Source: Microbotryum violaceum
Taxonomy: Eukaryota
NCBI GenBank assembly: GCA_001244265.2
Contig: CDLV01000005.1
Span: 2,170,001-2,234,000, forward strand
DNA length: 64,000 bases
Direction of reading: 5' to 3'
Shown here: piece by piece, positions 22,478 to 35,126 of the stretch
Numbering within the stretch: position 1 is the stretch's first letter
How the letters are laid out: each line of letters opens with the position of its first letter
Program-made: the position numbers and the translations under genes
The notes under the pieces: model-generated
Database searches by the model: none
What the model saw: the letters and a program-made list of their open reading frames with translations, nothing else
What the model was told of the DNA's origin: nothing

Positions 22478-23199
22478 CTAGTTGTTCAACCTCGTTTGAT
22501 GCCCACATCGCTCGCAAGAGTAGAAAACCGTGGCTGTATTCAGATGATAACCGTCCGTCAGCGAAGAATATTCCGTAGGAAAGATCATGGGGTTCAGGAA
22601 TGTGGGTGGCACTCGACTGACCTCCTTCATCGGCGGACCGGAGTTGCATCGTCTTGACCGACATGCGTTCGTTGCCACATTTTTCGCACATTTCATCGAC
22701 CTGTTTGGGGAGGCAAGGTGAAAGCAAGGGGTGAGCTCGAGGAGCTACGGGTGGAAAAGCCTTTCGACAAAAAAAGAGCGTGGATTGACAGCCTGAAGAG
22801 GAGCCTGGGAAAGAGATGGACGCTGTAACGAACGTACATATACTTTCTTTTTTTCGACATCACCGGTATGCTTGACCAATGACGTCTTCTTCTGCCTCAA
22901 CGAACTCGGAAACGCCGCGGAGTGGGATCGGGTCGTGATCGTTTGGTTCTCGTAAGCTGTGCGGGGATCGCTACCGATAAGCTTTCACCCGAACGGGCAC
23001 AGAGCCCTATGGCAAACCCGTCGAACGCACCAGCAGCATCCTCCACCTGCCCACACGCATCACAAACGATCTCGTCGTCGTCGCCGGGGAGGGCGAGGAG
23101 ATCACTACAGCGCGAACAGAAGAGGAGCGAGCCAAAGTGGTTGTGTGAGAAAATGGGCGTGGACGAAGAGGTGGGTTTGGTCTTTGTGGTAGGTACCAT
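22478..23199 (-). CDS. RPA12: DNA-directed RNA polymerase I subunit A12 (intact copy)
   Basis: N-terminal ribbon GSLLFCSRCSDLL..CDACG, linker TTRSHSAAFPSSLRQK, and C-terminal TFIIS-like ribbon CEKCGN..MQLRSADEG.TVFYSCERCG. Confidence 0.93.
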
Positions 23200-23598
23200 G
23201 TTTGTCAAAGGGAAGTGCTGGGAGGCGAGACGGGATTGAGGAGCGGGAGGATGGGTGACGATGAGGTTTTGAGCGTCCGATCTTCTGTGTGCCTCGTTAT
23301 AGGGTTTTCAGCGATGACCTTTACTAAAATCGATTGGTGGTAGTCTTGAGACGGAGGAGTACGAACGGCAAGAGCCGCAGCGATCGCGGATCCGGGTCTG
23401 CGAAGCCGAGCGCGTGGGTCCGTGCGTGAGAGGCTCTCTTCTTTAAAATCTCGGCCTCGCCGGTCTAAATTCCAGTACAGCGGGCATTTCACAACTCGGA
23501 ACGAAACAAACGTCATGAAAAACAGTTTGTTCTAGCGAAACAATACCTGCTTCGTCAATCCTCTTACCTGAACCTTCCTCTCGAGCCCCTATTTCCAC

Positions 23599-26500
23599 CT
23601 AATCCTCCAGACGCTGCATGATCCTCTCCCAAATGTACCTCGAGTCTTCCTCCGTCGCCTCCTCAAATGTCGGTGGTGGAGGGTCTACTTCCTCTTCTAC
23701 ATGTAACTCGTCGAAGGTGGGGAGACGTGCTTGAACTGGAAGCTGGGTGGATATCGTCCTGGAAGGGTTTTCGAGCATCTGGCTTGAAGCGGAACACGCT
23801 CGTTGAAGTGGAGTGCCTGAACGTTCGGAGGTTGCGGTATTGCGGAATGTCGAAGTGGGTGGGGTTGGGGCTGGGGCTGGGAGAGCTGTTTGCACCCGAT
23901 GCTCTTGATTCGAAAGGAGTCGCGAGAAGAACGAACCGCGACGACTCGATTTCGAAGTTAAAGTCGGTGAAAAACTCCTTTGCGGCGTCATTTTACTCGA
24001 AGTGTTTCCTCCCGTATTGTCCCCCACCTTCTTTGGTTCCGCAGAGCCAGAAGTATCCGGCCCCTCCGCTCGGGGATTATGGACGAACGCCCCGCTGGAG
24101 CTCGTCAACGTAGGCTTCATACTCTGACCCGTGGACGACGAGCCTTTCGCTTTAGCGTCAAAAGTGACCGAGTCATCGTCATGGACGAAGAGTGGTGGCA
24201 GGGCTAAATCAGGAATCTCGAAGTCGATCCGGTGCATAGGTTGAGGCAGCTGCAGGACATCGGCGCACTTGACCCAGCCCCGGAAGGGGATGGTGACTTT
24301 CAGTCTGAACCTGTTATGCGCGAGATGATGTTCGGAAGGTCAGTCCCCAATACGTGGAAATACACGGAGGTTTGAGGTTGCGACGAGGTATGATACTCAC
24401 TGTACCGCTGCCCTGCAGCTCCTCAAATCCCTCATCTCGTTCGAAGGAATGACGATATACTCTTCGACTCGCCACCACTTCCTCCCCGAATCAGCCGCAG
24501 CCCGACTCAACTCGTCCTCAGGCGAAGTCATCACCACCTGACTTTGATGTACAGCCGCACAATCAATCTTCGCCACCCCGACTCCAAGTTCCGTGCGCTT
24601 AATGAGCTGAGCTGTACGCTCGAGATGGACAATGTGTTGCTGAGAGGCGCCGGGTACGGATGGGGGTTCCCAGAACGCTACGATGGGGAGCGCCGAGATG
24701 GTTTCAAGGGGTGCCGAGATCCGATAGTGGATCTTGATACACGGTTTGGACGTGGGTGAGTTCGGGACGTCGCATATGGTCCGACAGGATCGGTATTCGA
24801 TCTGCGAATTGAGGTTGAGCGTCAATTCGGGTTTAGGAGCTCGCTAAGACCGGGAAGTTTGATGACCCACCCGAGGCTCGACGATGCATCGTGAAGTCCC
24901 TTCTATTTCATAGCGGAGTCCTTCCTTGAAGATCGATCTCCACCCAGTTGATCCTGGCTCACTGGGGCTACTGAGACTTCGTACTGGGGACTCCAGACCC
25001 GACGACTGGGCAGCGACGTTGAAGTGCAGAACAAGCCTGATATTGACCACCAGACGCATGGGTCATCCTTAGACCCCAACCCCAACTTCCTTAATTGAAA
25101 AAAGGACTTACTTTTCATTCTTGCCCCCAAACAGTCCCTTCTTCTTCGCCGTCAGTTCCAGAACCCAATCGACATAGAAACCGCTATGCGAATACGTCGA
25201 GGGGGCAGGACAGCGAGGAAGACATCCGCACGTCGATTCGACAGGAAGCGTCAGGGTCCAGTAGAAGCATCTTTCGCTGAACTTTGGGGCGTTGACGGAG
25301 GATGATTGGACGGGGAGTATGCCGACTCGTGTCATGGCGCATTGGTGGCGATCTAAGGTGATCTGAGCAGCACCCAATTGACTGACGCCTGTCAGGTGTG
25401 GTGCCTTGCGTCGAGTCTTCTTGAGACTTGCCTCACTTACCGAGTTGATCGCGATTGTGGTCAAAATCTTGCACTCCAAAACCTCAAAATCGGCCTTGTA
25501 CACCGAATCGTCCAACTTGAGTCGCATGTCGAATTTCTGTCCCGGTGCCCAGGTACGATTATTCGCGATCGCCGGTTCGACGGCGAGCTTCATGCTCTTG
25601 GCAGAGTAGATACCCACATCTCGGGCAGTGGTTTCAAGACTCGGAGAGTAGTTGTATTTGGCCCTGGGAGTGGTCACGGCGATTCCGTATCGCACCGAGG
25701 ACGTCGGTATTGCGGTAGGCGCCAGTTCTTCGATCGGTGGCGTCGATATCGATGAGGGCGATGCCATGGAGTCGAGAGGCTGCTCGTCTTGTATGAAAGT
25801 GGTGGCGAATGATTGTACATGCTCCCTCATCCCGGAACTATCGACGCGGGAGGTTCTGCCGAGATCGTAGTGCTCCCTCTCTTTCGCTTGTGTCTGCTGC
25901 GCACTGAGCCCGTCCCGCCCCTCCGCATTATCTCCGGTCGAGGAAGACGGAATCGGTGATGATGGAGTTTGGGCATGGATGATGTTCTTGGAAACCTTTG
26001 GGATAAGCAAATTCCTGGCGTCGGAAGTCATTCTTGAGGGTGAATCGGTCGGAGACGAGCCCATCGCAGAATTATCGTCGGGAGTCCGATCGACTCGTTT
26101 GCCTTGGGCTGAAGCGGACTGGAGTGGTGGGGTAGTGATCGAGTCGGACGTAAATAGATCTTGGTTGGCAGCAACCTCGAATGAAGCTTCCAGGATGGGT
26201 GACGGTAGTAATGCTACCTGACCCACTGCATTGTTCTCCTGCGGTTCGACAGTGGCACGTGACTGGACCCCCACAGATGACTGGATCGAGACGGTCTCTT
26301 CCCCGATCAGTCTATATACATATCACATCTCGAAGGAGGTTTTGGAAGACTCACAATCCTTTCACCCTGCTTGTACTTATGCCAGCCCTTCTTACACTCG
26401 CAAAGAGCGCACACCTTCGCCGTTTGACGCTGTCCCGTTTTAGGCACGAAGGTCGGACAAGGACAAGGTTTCCCATCGGTCGTCTTGGCCTTGCAAAATT

Positions 26501-26837
26501 CGAGAGCGTCCCCATCTCGTTCTCTCATCTCGTTGGCTTGGGTAGATGTGAGATGCATGGGGAACTTGTGCCATCCCGTGTAATGCTCGCATGTGCCGCA
26601 GGCCGAAAGAAGCCAGGCTCGTCGAGGAGCAAGTGGGGCACTGAGTCGTAGATTGGCCGGCGTTGCCTCGACCGTCCTCACGGGATGAGCGGTGTGCTCG
26701 TGTTGAGCTTCAAGTTCGGCGTCGGATGATGGGGGCTCGTATTCTGGACATCCACAATCGGGATGACGGCACGAGGAGGGATCGAAGCTGCCTGAAACGA
26801 TGGCCATGCCGAGGACGAGTGGGGTTGCGCCGGACAT
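23599..26837 (-). CDS. Hypothetical multi-exon protein: two N-terminal Cys/His repeats, Ser-rich linker, probable arrestin-like beta-sandwich, and a Pro-rich tail
   Basis: Consecutive minus-strand ORFs (26307-27248, 25108-26274, 24844-25059, 24397-24825, 23599-24237) are separated by intron-sized gaps. The tail has LPTFDE and PPPPTFEEA. The arrestin fold and the joining of the first exon are inferred. Confidence 0.5.
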
Positions 26838-27468
26838 GCCCGCCGACGCCAGTGTCGAAGTGGGGGTGAGCTTGGCGAGGTAGGGCCCGGAAGATCGCAG
26901 CTGACTTGAGCAAGTGAAGCCGAGGGAGAGCAGTAAGGGGAAAGAATGCAAGAGTGGAAGGGGAGATCGTATCAGGGTCAAGAGTCGTTCACGATGGGAA
27001 CTAAAGGCACTGCAAGTTTGAAGTCGCTGACTCGCACGTGCGCTGGAGTCCTTGGATCCGATGATGCCCCGCCGCGCCCGGCCGCCGAACTCCCTCAAAC
27101 TTCGGGTCGGGTGAAATTTTGAAACCCGGCCGGGCTTGCTTGTGCTCACGCTCACTGCAGCCTCTGCATTTTCAATCTCAGCTGGAGCCGCCGATAACAG
27201 CCGCGAGGGTGCTCTCTGACCAGAACTTGATTTTGAAATTGCGAGCAAGTGAAAAGCGCAAAGTGCATTCGTTATTCAGATTAGAAGGTGCCCTCCGCGC
27301 ATCCAGCTGCACCGGCTTAGACCGGCTTGCCATTACTCGGTGGCTCCACTGCTCTGGCTTGCTTTCGGGCGCGCCGATGCAAGGCCATCAGGTGGGCGCG
27401 TGCCATGCCTTTGACTTGTGCCGCTGCACTCCACACCCGCTCGCAAACGACCGTCGACCGTGCCAATC

Positions 27469-28985
27469 ATGTCCGAAGCTACCTCGCCCGAAGCGATGCC
27501 CTCCCCGGCGCCTATAACCACTGGCAAGGCCGAAAAAGTGTACGAGACCGTCTCGGACCCTCAGAAGCTGTGGCCCGTGCCCGGTACGCGCTGGGATTCG
27601 CCCAAGGACCTGTTGCTGGTGATGCAACTCGCGACGCTCGCCGCGGGCTACTCTGCGACTGCGAATCTCGCCTCCCGTGTAACTCCGACCGCGACGGCCC
27701 ATGCCTTCATCCGATGCATCGAAGCCAAGACACCCAACTCGGGTGGGTGTCAGTCGACCCTTGCGGTGTTGCAGTACGCCAATGCCAAGAACCCGCATGG
27801 GACGTGCCGCGTGCAGTTGCCCCCAAAGGCGGGCAAGTCCGCCAAACCGAGTCTCAAGGATCATCACTCGCACCCCGACTCGGGCCATCTCAAAGTCGGC
27901 GATGTCATCCAGGTCAGTTCGGATAAGCACCCCCCGCACGACCGCATGTGTGCCAAGTTGTGATGGCGACTGTCGACGGACGGGCTCTGCAGCGGGATCA
28001 CAGACGCGCACGAGGGGTGACCGACGCGACCTCAAGCGCTTCTCGGATGTTACGATGGGCCCTCCGAGACCGGAGAACTAACATTTATGCTGCTCATTTG
28101 ATCACCACAGCCGACGGAACCACCCATGTCACTCGAGGTCGGGCCGACCGTCTACACGCTCTCCGACATCAACAAGCTCGAAGCGTACGCACGCGCCGAC
28201 TCGCGCCGCGACCCACACAACGCTGTCATCACCGTCGTACGCTCCAAGGACATCCTGTTCAAGTGCCGAGGCAAGAACGACAACGATGACGCGTGCACGT
28301 GGCAGATCCGACTCACCCCGACCTCGGCCGGCGCAAAGACCTACACGTGCAAGGAGATTGAACCCGACCACACCTGCGAACCCGCTCACCCCGCTCCTTC
28401 CGCCCATCTCAATACCGTTCTCGACTACTTTGTGCGTCCTCACGAGCCGTCAAGATTGTCACTATTGCGAAGGCTGACTCTACGCGTCCTCTGGAAACCC
28501 ACAGCCGAGCCTACATCTCAAGCAAGGCCTGATCGGCAAGTCTAAACTGCAACAATCGCGCAAAATTCAAAAGCAGCAGCAGGCAAAGGTGGGTACACCT
28601 TCCACAAACAAGAATGAAACTGTACAGATCTGACATGGCGGCCTGCGAACACCCTACTCACTAGGCACCCCGCAAGCGTGAACCGATCGAACCTTCGGAC
28701 GACGAGGACGAGGAGGAGGAGGGTGTACTGTCAGATTCCGGGCTGCAACAACTGTGTGACAAGCTCGTAAGTTGAGTTGGGGAGCTTGATATAGTATGAT
28801 CTTAGCTCATCTCAACAAGTGCTGATGCGATGATGTGGCTACAGATCGTGTTCTGCCCTCCAGTGCCGATCAACTCGCTCGGAGCTCAACCCGCGAAACG
28901 TTTACGCTCTTCGGCATCCCCTGCTTCGCTTTCGGATCTTTCAGATGGGGATGCTCATTCTATTGGAGGAGCGGCATCGGCATAG
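27469..28985 (+). CDS. Hypothetical nuclear protein with two MULE/FAR1/WRKY-GCM1-like zinc-binding domains
   Basis: Domain 1: WPVPGTRWDS..IRC..C..HHSH. Domain 2: LEAYARA..FKCRG..ACTWQIRL..YTCKEIEPDHTC. Later GT-AG exons give an acidic tract (SDDEDEEEE) and basic NLS-like PRKRE/PAKRLR. TAG at 28983-28985. Confidence 0.55.
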
Positions 28986-29901
28986 GGGTATATACTCCTT
29001 GGAAAACAGATGTTATTCGATGCCGAATTCCAAAAAAGCTCTTCGCGTGCTAAACTGCAACTTTCTCTCTAGAACTTTTTCATCACTTTCTCATCTCGCT
29101 CGGACTCTGTAGTATTTTTTCTTTTATTTCTCTCGTCTTTGCTTGTATTTGTAGAAGCTCGTTCGCTTTGCAGTCAGAATGACATAATTCACCTTGCTAC
29201 GTCCAGTCGAGAGGTCACACGATTGTTTAGCTCGGACCTAGTTCCTCAGCAAGCGCGTGGCGTTTTGGGTCCGCAGTATTGGTCGGAGGGTGACTTTTGG
29301 CGATGTCGTTCACCTCGGGAGCATAGGAGCATAGTTATGGTCCACGACCTCAATACTTGAAGAAGAGACCCCTCATTTCCGCTCCGGTAAGTGACCCGAG
29401 ACCGCCTGCAGTCTCGGTCGCTCGATCACTCGGCTCCGCCCGAGCTAACTCATTCCGAACGAAAGCCTCGGAGCTCGGGGAGCGCACGCAAAACTCCGAG
29501 GAGGCATGCGCACGCACGGTGCACGGCCACGGCGTCCCCGAGGGCTGTCCAACGGTTCGTTTGGAGTGATGGATGTACAGCGTTGTGTGGATTATGCTTT
29601 GGTAGGATAGTTTGGAGTTAGTTTGTGTAGTAGCTGAATGATAGGAGATCGTCTCAATTTTCATCTAACCCTGAGGCACAGTAATGTGATATTTTCGGGG
29701 ATCATTTCGCCGAGAGGGTTCATGGCCACATTGGATGTTACAACAGTCGAGAAAATCTCAAGAGACTCTAGTCTTATGAGGAGGCGATCTCATTCATCCT
29801 CGAAGGCCGACGTAATTAGTCTGAGAAAATCGCGATTAAATCCGATCCCGGGAAGCTAAGGACGACAAGAAGACGGGGAGAAGCCGGGAAACTCCTATTG
29901 G

Positions 29902-31335
29902 ATGGACAACAACAACACCAACAACAACGCCAGCCATGCTGCTATACCACCTCTTCGCCCTGACCCTCCCGATCCTCCCGGCCAAGGCCCCGCCACCACC
30001 ACCAAATCATACTCCGCCGCGGTCGGCGCCCGCTCCGTTGCGAAGCACGGAAACGCCACCGCCAACGCCTCGACTGCCGTCGCCGCCCATCCACTGATGC
30101 ACAACATCGAGAATTGTGTCATCATCAACACCCCACCCTCAACCTCGATCGAGCAAGTCCTCCTCGCGCTTGACAAATACTACCCTGGCCTTACCGGCGC
30201 AATGCCATGCGTCATCAAGGGTCAGCGCGGCCTCCGCTTTCCCAAGGCCGCCGATCTCGACACCCTGGTGGCCAACGGCCTCACTGTTGGCAAGACTCTG
30301 TGCAAAGTCGAGAAGCTGTACAGCTCTACTAGAGGAGGTGTTGTACAATGCACCCTTACGGGCTTTTTCTCCGACCCCGAGGGCCTCTGCCTATTCGATG
30401 AGCAGATCGCTGCCTATGGCACGGTCCTCCGTCGTCGCATCCAATACATTGGAAAGACGAAACACATCTCTGGGGTGTACGGCTTTATCCTTGCCCTTAA
30501 GGATGTAGATGTTTTGCCCCCTGCCTCACTTTCTATTGCTCGTGACGGTGTCACTGAGCGAATCCCACTGAGGATCACCGGTGGCATGCGCCACTGCGTC
30601 TTCTGCCGTTCCGCGGCTCACGTCCGTTAGGATTGCCCCGTCGCCCCGGCGTGCAAGTCCTGCGCGAGCACCTCGCACGCCACCCAGCACTGCCCGGCCC
30701 GTCATGCGTCGAGCCCCCAGGGACCCCCCACGTCACGTGCCCTGCAAGCCTCCACCGTTACCACCGCCGCCCCCGCCGCCGTGTCCAAGTCGATCTCCCC
30801 GGCCTCCGTCCACGACCGCACGACCAAAAAACGTCGAGTGGAACAGGATCTGGCTGCCCAGACCGAAGATCTGTCCAACAGAGCTCAGCCCGATTCTCTG
30901 TCGAAGAATGCCTGCCCCGAGTTCTCCTTCAATTTCCCTTGCAAAACTGCCACTCCTCCTGCCCCTCAGCCTGCCTCCAATCAGGGAATTGCCTACTCCC
31001 TCGTTGAAAAATCCTCCGAGTCCCCCAGCTCAGAGACCACTTCTCCATCCCCAAGCCCTCCTCCGGCCACGCCAAAGTCGATCATAACTCGATCCAAGTC
31101 GATTGCCGCCCTCTCCAAGCCAGCCACTCGTGAAGCCCCTCCCACTGCGCCTGCCCTCGAAGCCTCCGAGCCGATCCCTGAGCTGTCTTCGCCCACGCCG
31201 TTGCCCTCAGCCGCGCCCAAAGCCCGACCCGATGACGCCGACACCGACGACGAGGCCGACGAAGAAGCCGAAGACCAAGAAGCACCTCCTAAGGACGTGG
31301 AAGACGCTATGGACCAAGATGATGAGCACAACTAA
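29902..31335 (+). pseudogene. LINE ORF1 (nucleic-acid-binding, two zinc knuckles) interrupted by an in-frame TAG
   Basis: CVFCRSAAHVR*DC (TAG 30628-30630) and CKSCASTSHATQHC. The same frame continues to TAA at 31335. Confidence 0.85.
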
Positions 31336-34300
31336 AATCCCAAACGTGTCTTTTGTTGCTGCCAACGTGCAGTCAATCAACGAAGACCGTAAGCGTGCCT
31401 CTCTTTTCTCCAATCTCCGCTCCCATAACGCCGACGTCTTTCTCCTGAGCGAAACTGGCCGACCTTCCCCCGAAAGGGTGGCTCAGTGGACTCAGGAGTG
31501 CCAAGACTTAAAGCTCTCCGCTCTTTTCACTCCTTTCAACAACACTGCCATACTTTGGAAGAGCGACTCCGTGGTCATTACTTTTGATCCCGAGTCGCCT
31601 CCAAACACTCTTCGTGCCTCTTTCTCTTTCCCGGACCGAGTCACCGACGCCACCTTTTGTGTGGGTGATTCAAAAGTCCGGGTTGTATCAATATACGCGC
31701 CTTCCTCCGACAAGCCAGACAAAAACGCTTCCTCTCACACCTCAGCACCGCCCTCCGACAAGTTGTACGTGACGAACCCTCGCCGCCTGCGCTCCTAGTC
31801 GGGGGGGACTGGAATTGTGTTGAGTCCCAGCCCCTCGATTCGGAGAACCAAAACGGAACGAATTATGGAGGTCAGGAGATGCGCGACCTTGCCACGGCCA
31901 ACAATCTTTTCGACGCCTATCGGCTCCATCGTCCCAAAGGACGAGCCACGACGAATCGCTCAGCGCCCGGCACGTGCCGTCGCCTTGACCGCATCTATGT
32001 CTCGCCTGATTGGGTCGACCTCTTCCATGATCACAAAATTTGGGCTCCTGTCCTCAAATCGACGCACTCAATGGTTGTGGCATGGTTCCAAGTGCCGGGC
32101 GCAATCGACATCGGTCCGGGCAAATTCAAGCTGGGTTTGCACGTGATCGAGGGCGACGCGACCTGCGAGTACCTCACCTCCATTGTCCGCACCCTTTACA
32201 ACAAAGCCCTCCTCCAGACGCCCAACGATCCACCAGCAGCTTGGACGTCCACCAAACACCGCCTGCTGCCCGAGCTGCAGGCTCTGGCCCGGACGTTCGC
32301 TCGGTTCCGTCGTGGCGGGTCGGAGCAAGAGAGGGCTGACCACTCGCGCTACGGCGCGGCCCTGCGGTCCCGCCTCGACCCATCTCTGGCGGGTCCCTCT
32401 TCCATCTTCATCCGCCTGCGCAAAGTGCGAGCATCCGACCTGATCCCTTCGCTCACGGTCAACGATGTTGTTCATTCCGACCCTGATTCGATGCTTGGAG
32501 CGGCCAGCGACTACTTCGAGCGGGTCTATGAGGACCGCCCCATCGATGACGCGGCCCTGAAGGCGATCATCGACGGCCTCGCTTCAACTCGCCTCTCCCC
32601 CGCGGACTCACTCAAGCTCGAGGAAGCGTACCCGTTGGAGGAGATGACAAAGGCTCAAGCTGCGTTCCTCTGCGCCGTTGGCCTCGGCCCCAAAGCCCGC
32701 CAATGGTACCGAGCGACCTACACCAACCAATCTGCCTCGATCTTCCTCAACGGTTGGCTCTCTGCCACTTTCGACATCCTGTCGGGCGTTCGGCAAGGTG
32801 ATCCTTTGGCTCCGTCTCTCTTCGTCCTGGCGATCGAAGGTTTTGCCTGTCAGATTCGATTGAGAGTCAAGGGCATCGATATTGCGGGTCTCCAAAACGT
32901 TCGCGAACTCCTTTTTGCCGACGACGCTTGCTGAGCACTCCACAACCTCTCGGACCTCGACCACCTCAATCGGGCGATCGAGTTTTACGAACGGGCAAGT
33001 GCCAGCAAGCTCAGCAACGTCAAATCTTTCCTCTACCCCCTTGGAGCTTTTCGGGATCGGTCGATCGCCCCAGATCTCGGGACCTGGCGTCTCAGCGATT
33101 CGCAGTTTCGCTACCTTGGTATTCAGGTCGGGGTGGAGATCGCCGAGGATGCGGGCTGGGAAGATGTCAAGGCCTCGACCATCGCTCGGATACACTCAGT
33201 TCCGATGTACGATCTCCCATATGCAGCCAAGTGTTCGATCATCAACATCTACTGCTACACAAAGATCTTGTACTACAGCCGATTCCTTCCCGCCCCCAAG
33301 AGCGTTGTCAAGGAGATCGAGGAGGCCGCCACGCTCGCCATTCACGGTCGAGCTTCGGATGGTACTCAGCGACGTCCGAAGGTCTCCCGGTCGCGCCTCT
33401 GCACCCCTCTCGATCACGGCGGCTTCGGTTTGATTGATCTGCCTCGGCGTCTAGCAATCGATCACGCGAAGTGGGTCTTCCAGCTACGGGCCCCGGACGG
33501 CTGCTTCACACGCCACCTCTTCGACATCCGCATCCGCCTCCAGGCACCAAACGAACCAACCCCTTTCACCTTGTCCAGACCGGCCCCCAACCAGCATCGT
33601 TGCCCTTGGATTTGGATCTGGTGGGCATACTTTTGCCATCCTCCCCCAAAGTGGGACCATGCGGTGAGAAAAACGACAAAACTTCTTCCTGCTCGTTGGG
33701 TCCGATACTTCGAAGCCTGGGCGTTGGTGACCACGCTCAATCCCCCGGAACTCTCCAAGAGCCAGAACCTCGAGCAATGGGCGACGCACGTACTCTATAT
33801 TTCCCAGCGGGCCACGGAATACAACTCTCGGTAAACCCGACGCTTTTTCGAGGGCCCGATGGCGAGGTGATGACCCCGTCTTCGTTTGTGAACGCGTCCA
33901 AACGCCACCAAGTCTTCATCTTCCCCCTTATCTTCCCCAAGGGACACCAGAAGGTATTCGATCTGCTTGAGCAACGCTGGAACGCTTCTTGGTGGAAGGC
34001 TTTGCGCAAGGTTCGCCGGGTTCACTCGGACGCCGAGGATACCGGCCACCTTCTCTCCCTGGGGTCCCTCCATCCGGGAAGCCAAGTCGCCTCCCCAACC
34101 AGCCCACATCCCAACAATCGATCTACCTCCTGTGTGATGTGCCTCTCGGAAGCACCCGAGTGCCTGGTTCACCTCGCGGTCGGCTGCCCATTTGCCCGGC
34201 GCCTCTGGTCTGCTCTGTCCCCGACCCCCCACCCAGTCTTTGTGGACTTTGTATGCCCGGTCGTGTCTCGCTCGGAACGTCAACTTGTCGAACTATGAGT

Positions 34301-34439
34301 CCTCTTCTTTCACTCGATCTGGAAGCTCTGTCGCCGTCGTCGATTCTCGTCGGATCTTTTGGAACCGATCACCGAAACGGAGTTCGAGGGGCTTCGAGCC
34401 TCTATCCAGGAGTCCAAGGGTCGCCTAGTGTCTCTGTAA
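31319..34439 (+). pseudogene. LINE ORF2 (AP endonuclease, reverse transcriptase, zinc finger), disrupted
   Basis: APE motifs ANVQSIN, DVFLLSET, SIYAP, GGDWN and RRLDRIY. RT motifs GVRQGDPLAP.LF, LFADD and FRYLG. C-terminal CVMC..E..HL..C. Frameshifts near 31725 and 33825, stops at 32932 and 34296, and the N-terminal RT subdomains are missing near 32655. Confidence 0.9.
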
Positions 34440-35126
34440 GACACCAAAGGGGGTTTTAGTGGGTATGGTTGATCCTGGTTCAGGGTCAATGAGTCCTACA
34501 CTACTGGCTTCTGCCAGTGTGCGTAACAGCATTCCCTCCGACTTTTCCGAAGATTTCTAGGTATTAACATAATTATGCTGTTAATGAAGTCTATCAAAGA
34601 AATAAAAAAAGAGACCGTTGGCTCAGCTCAAACCACACCACACTGTCCCAGCTCCGCCACAGGACCCTCTCTCCGCCACCGTCGACCTCTTCGCTTTGTA
34701 CGCACACCGGGGAGGAGTCGCACGACGGGTCTGTTACATAAGGAGTCTTCGAGACGTTGACTCTGCATCGTCGTGCATTGGAGAAGACGGCTCAAGGTTG
34801 AGGTACGACAACGGGTCGCCCAATCAAGGCTCGGCCTAAAAGCACCTGTGGGTTTCGTCGCCCCGGGCAAACCGACCGACCGGCCGTGCTCGCTCCTGTG
34901 GACGAGTCACCACACGCGCCAAGTCGCATCTACGTGGACGGGCAGAAGGAAACCGTCGAGGAAGTAGTGACGTTCACGAAGAAAGGTCGTACATCCGACT
35001 GGTGTCTCAGACCCGCGCTGTGCCGCTTTGACCGCCGCCTCAACTCCCGGGGACGACGCTCCACATCGCCCTCGGATTCGACCTATACTGAGGACGATTG
35101 GACTTCAGCCGCAGCTGGTCGTCCGA

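Larger units (their letters stand above)
29371..34608 (+). mobile_element. Non-LTR retrotransposon (LINE, L1/Tx1-like), decayed
   Basis: Gag-like ORF1 with CCHC knuckles, and ORF2 with APE, RT and C-terminal zinc finger. A-rich tail at ~34596-34610. Candidate TSD AAGAGACC at 29363-29370 and 34609-34616, so the 5' boundary is tentative. Confidence 0.9.

Noticed and set aside
30628-30630. Programmed stop-codon readthrough in LINE ORF1
   Set aside because: The stop falls inside a zinc knuckle and the element has other stops and frameshifts, so decay is the simpler explanation.
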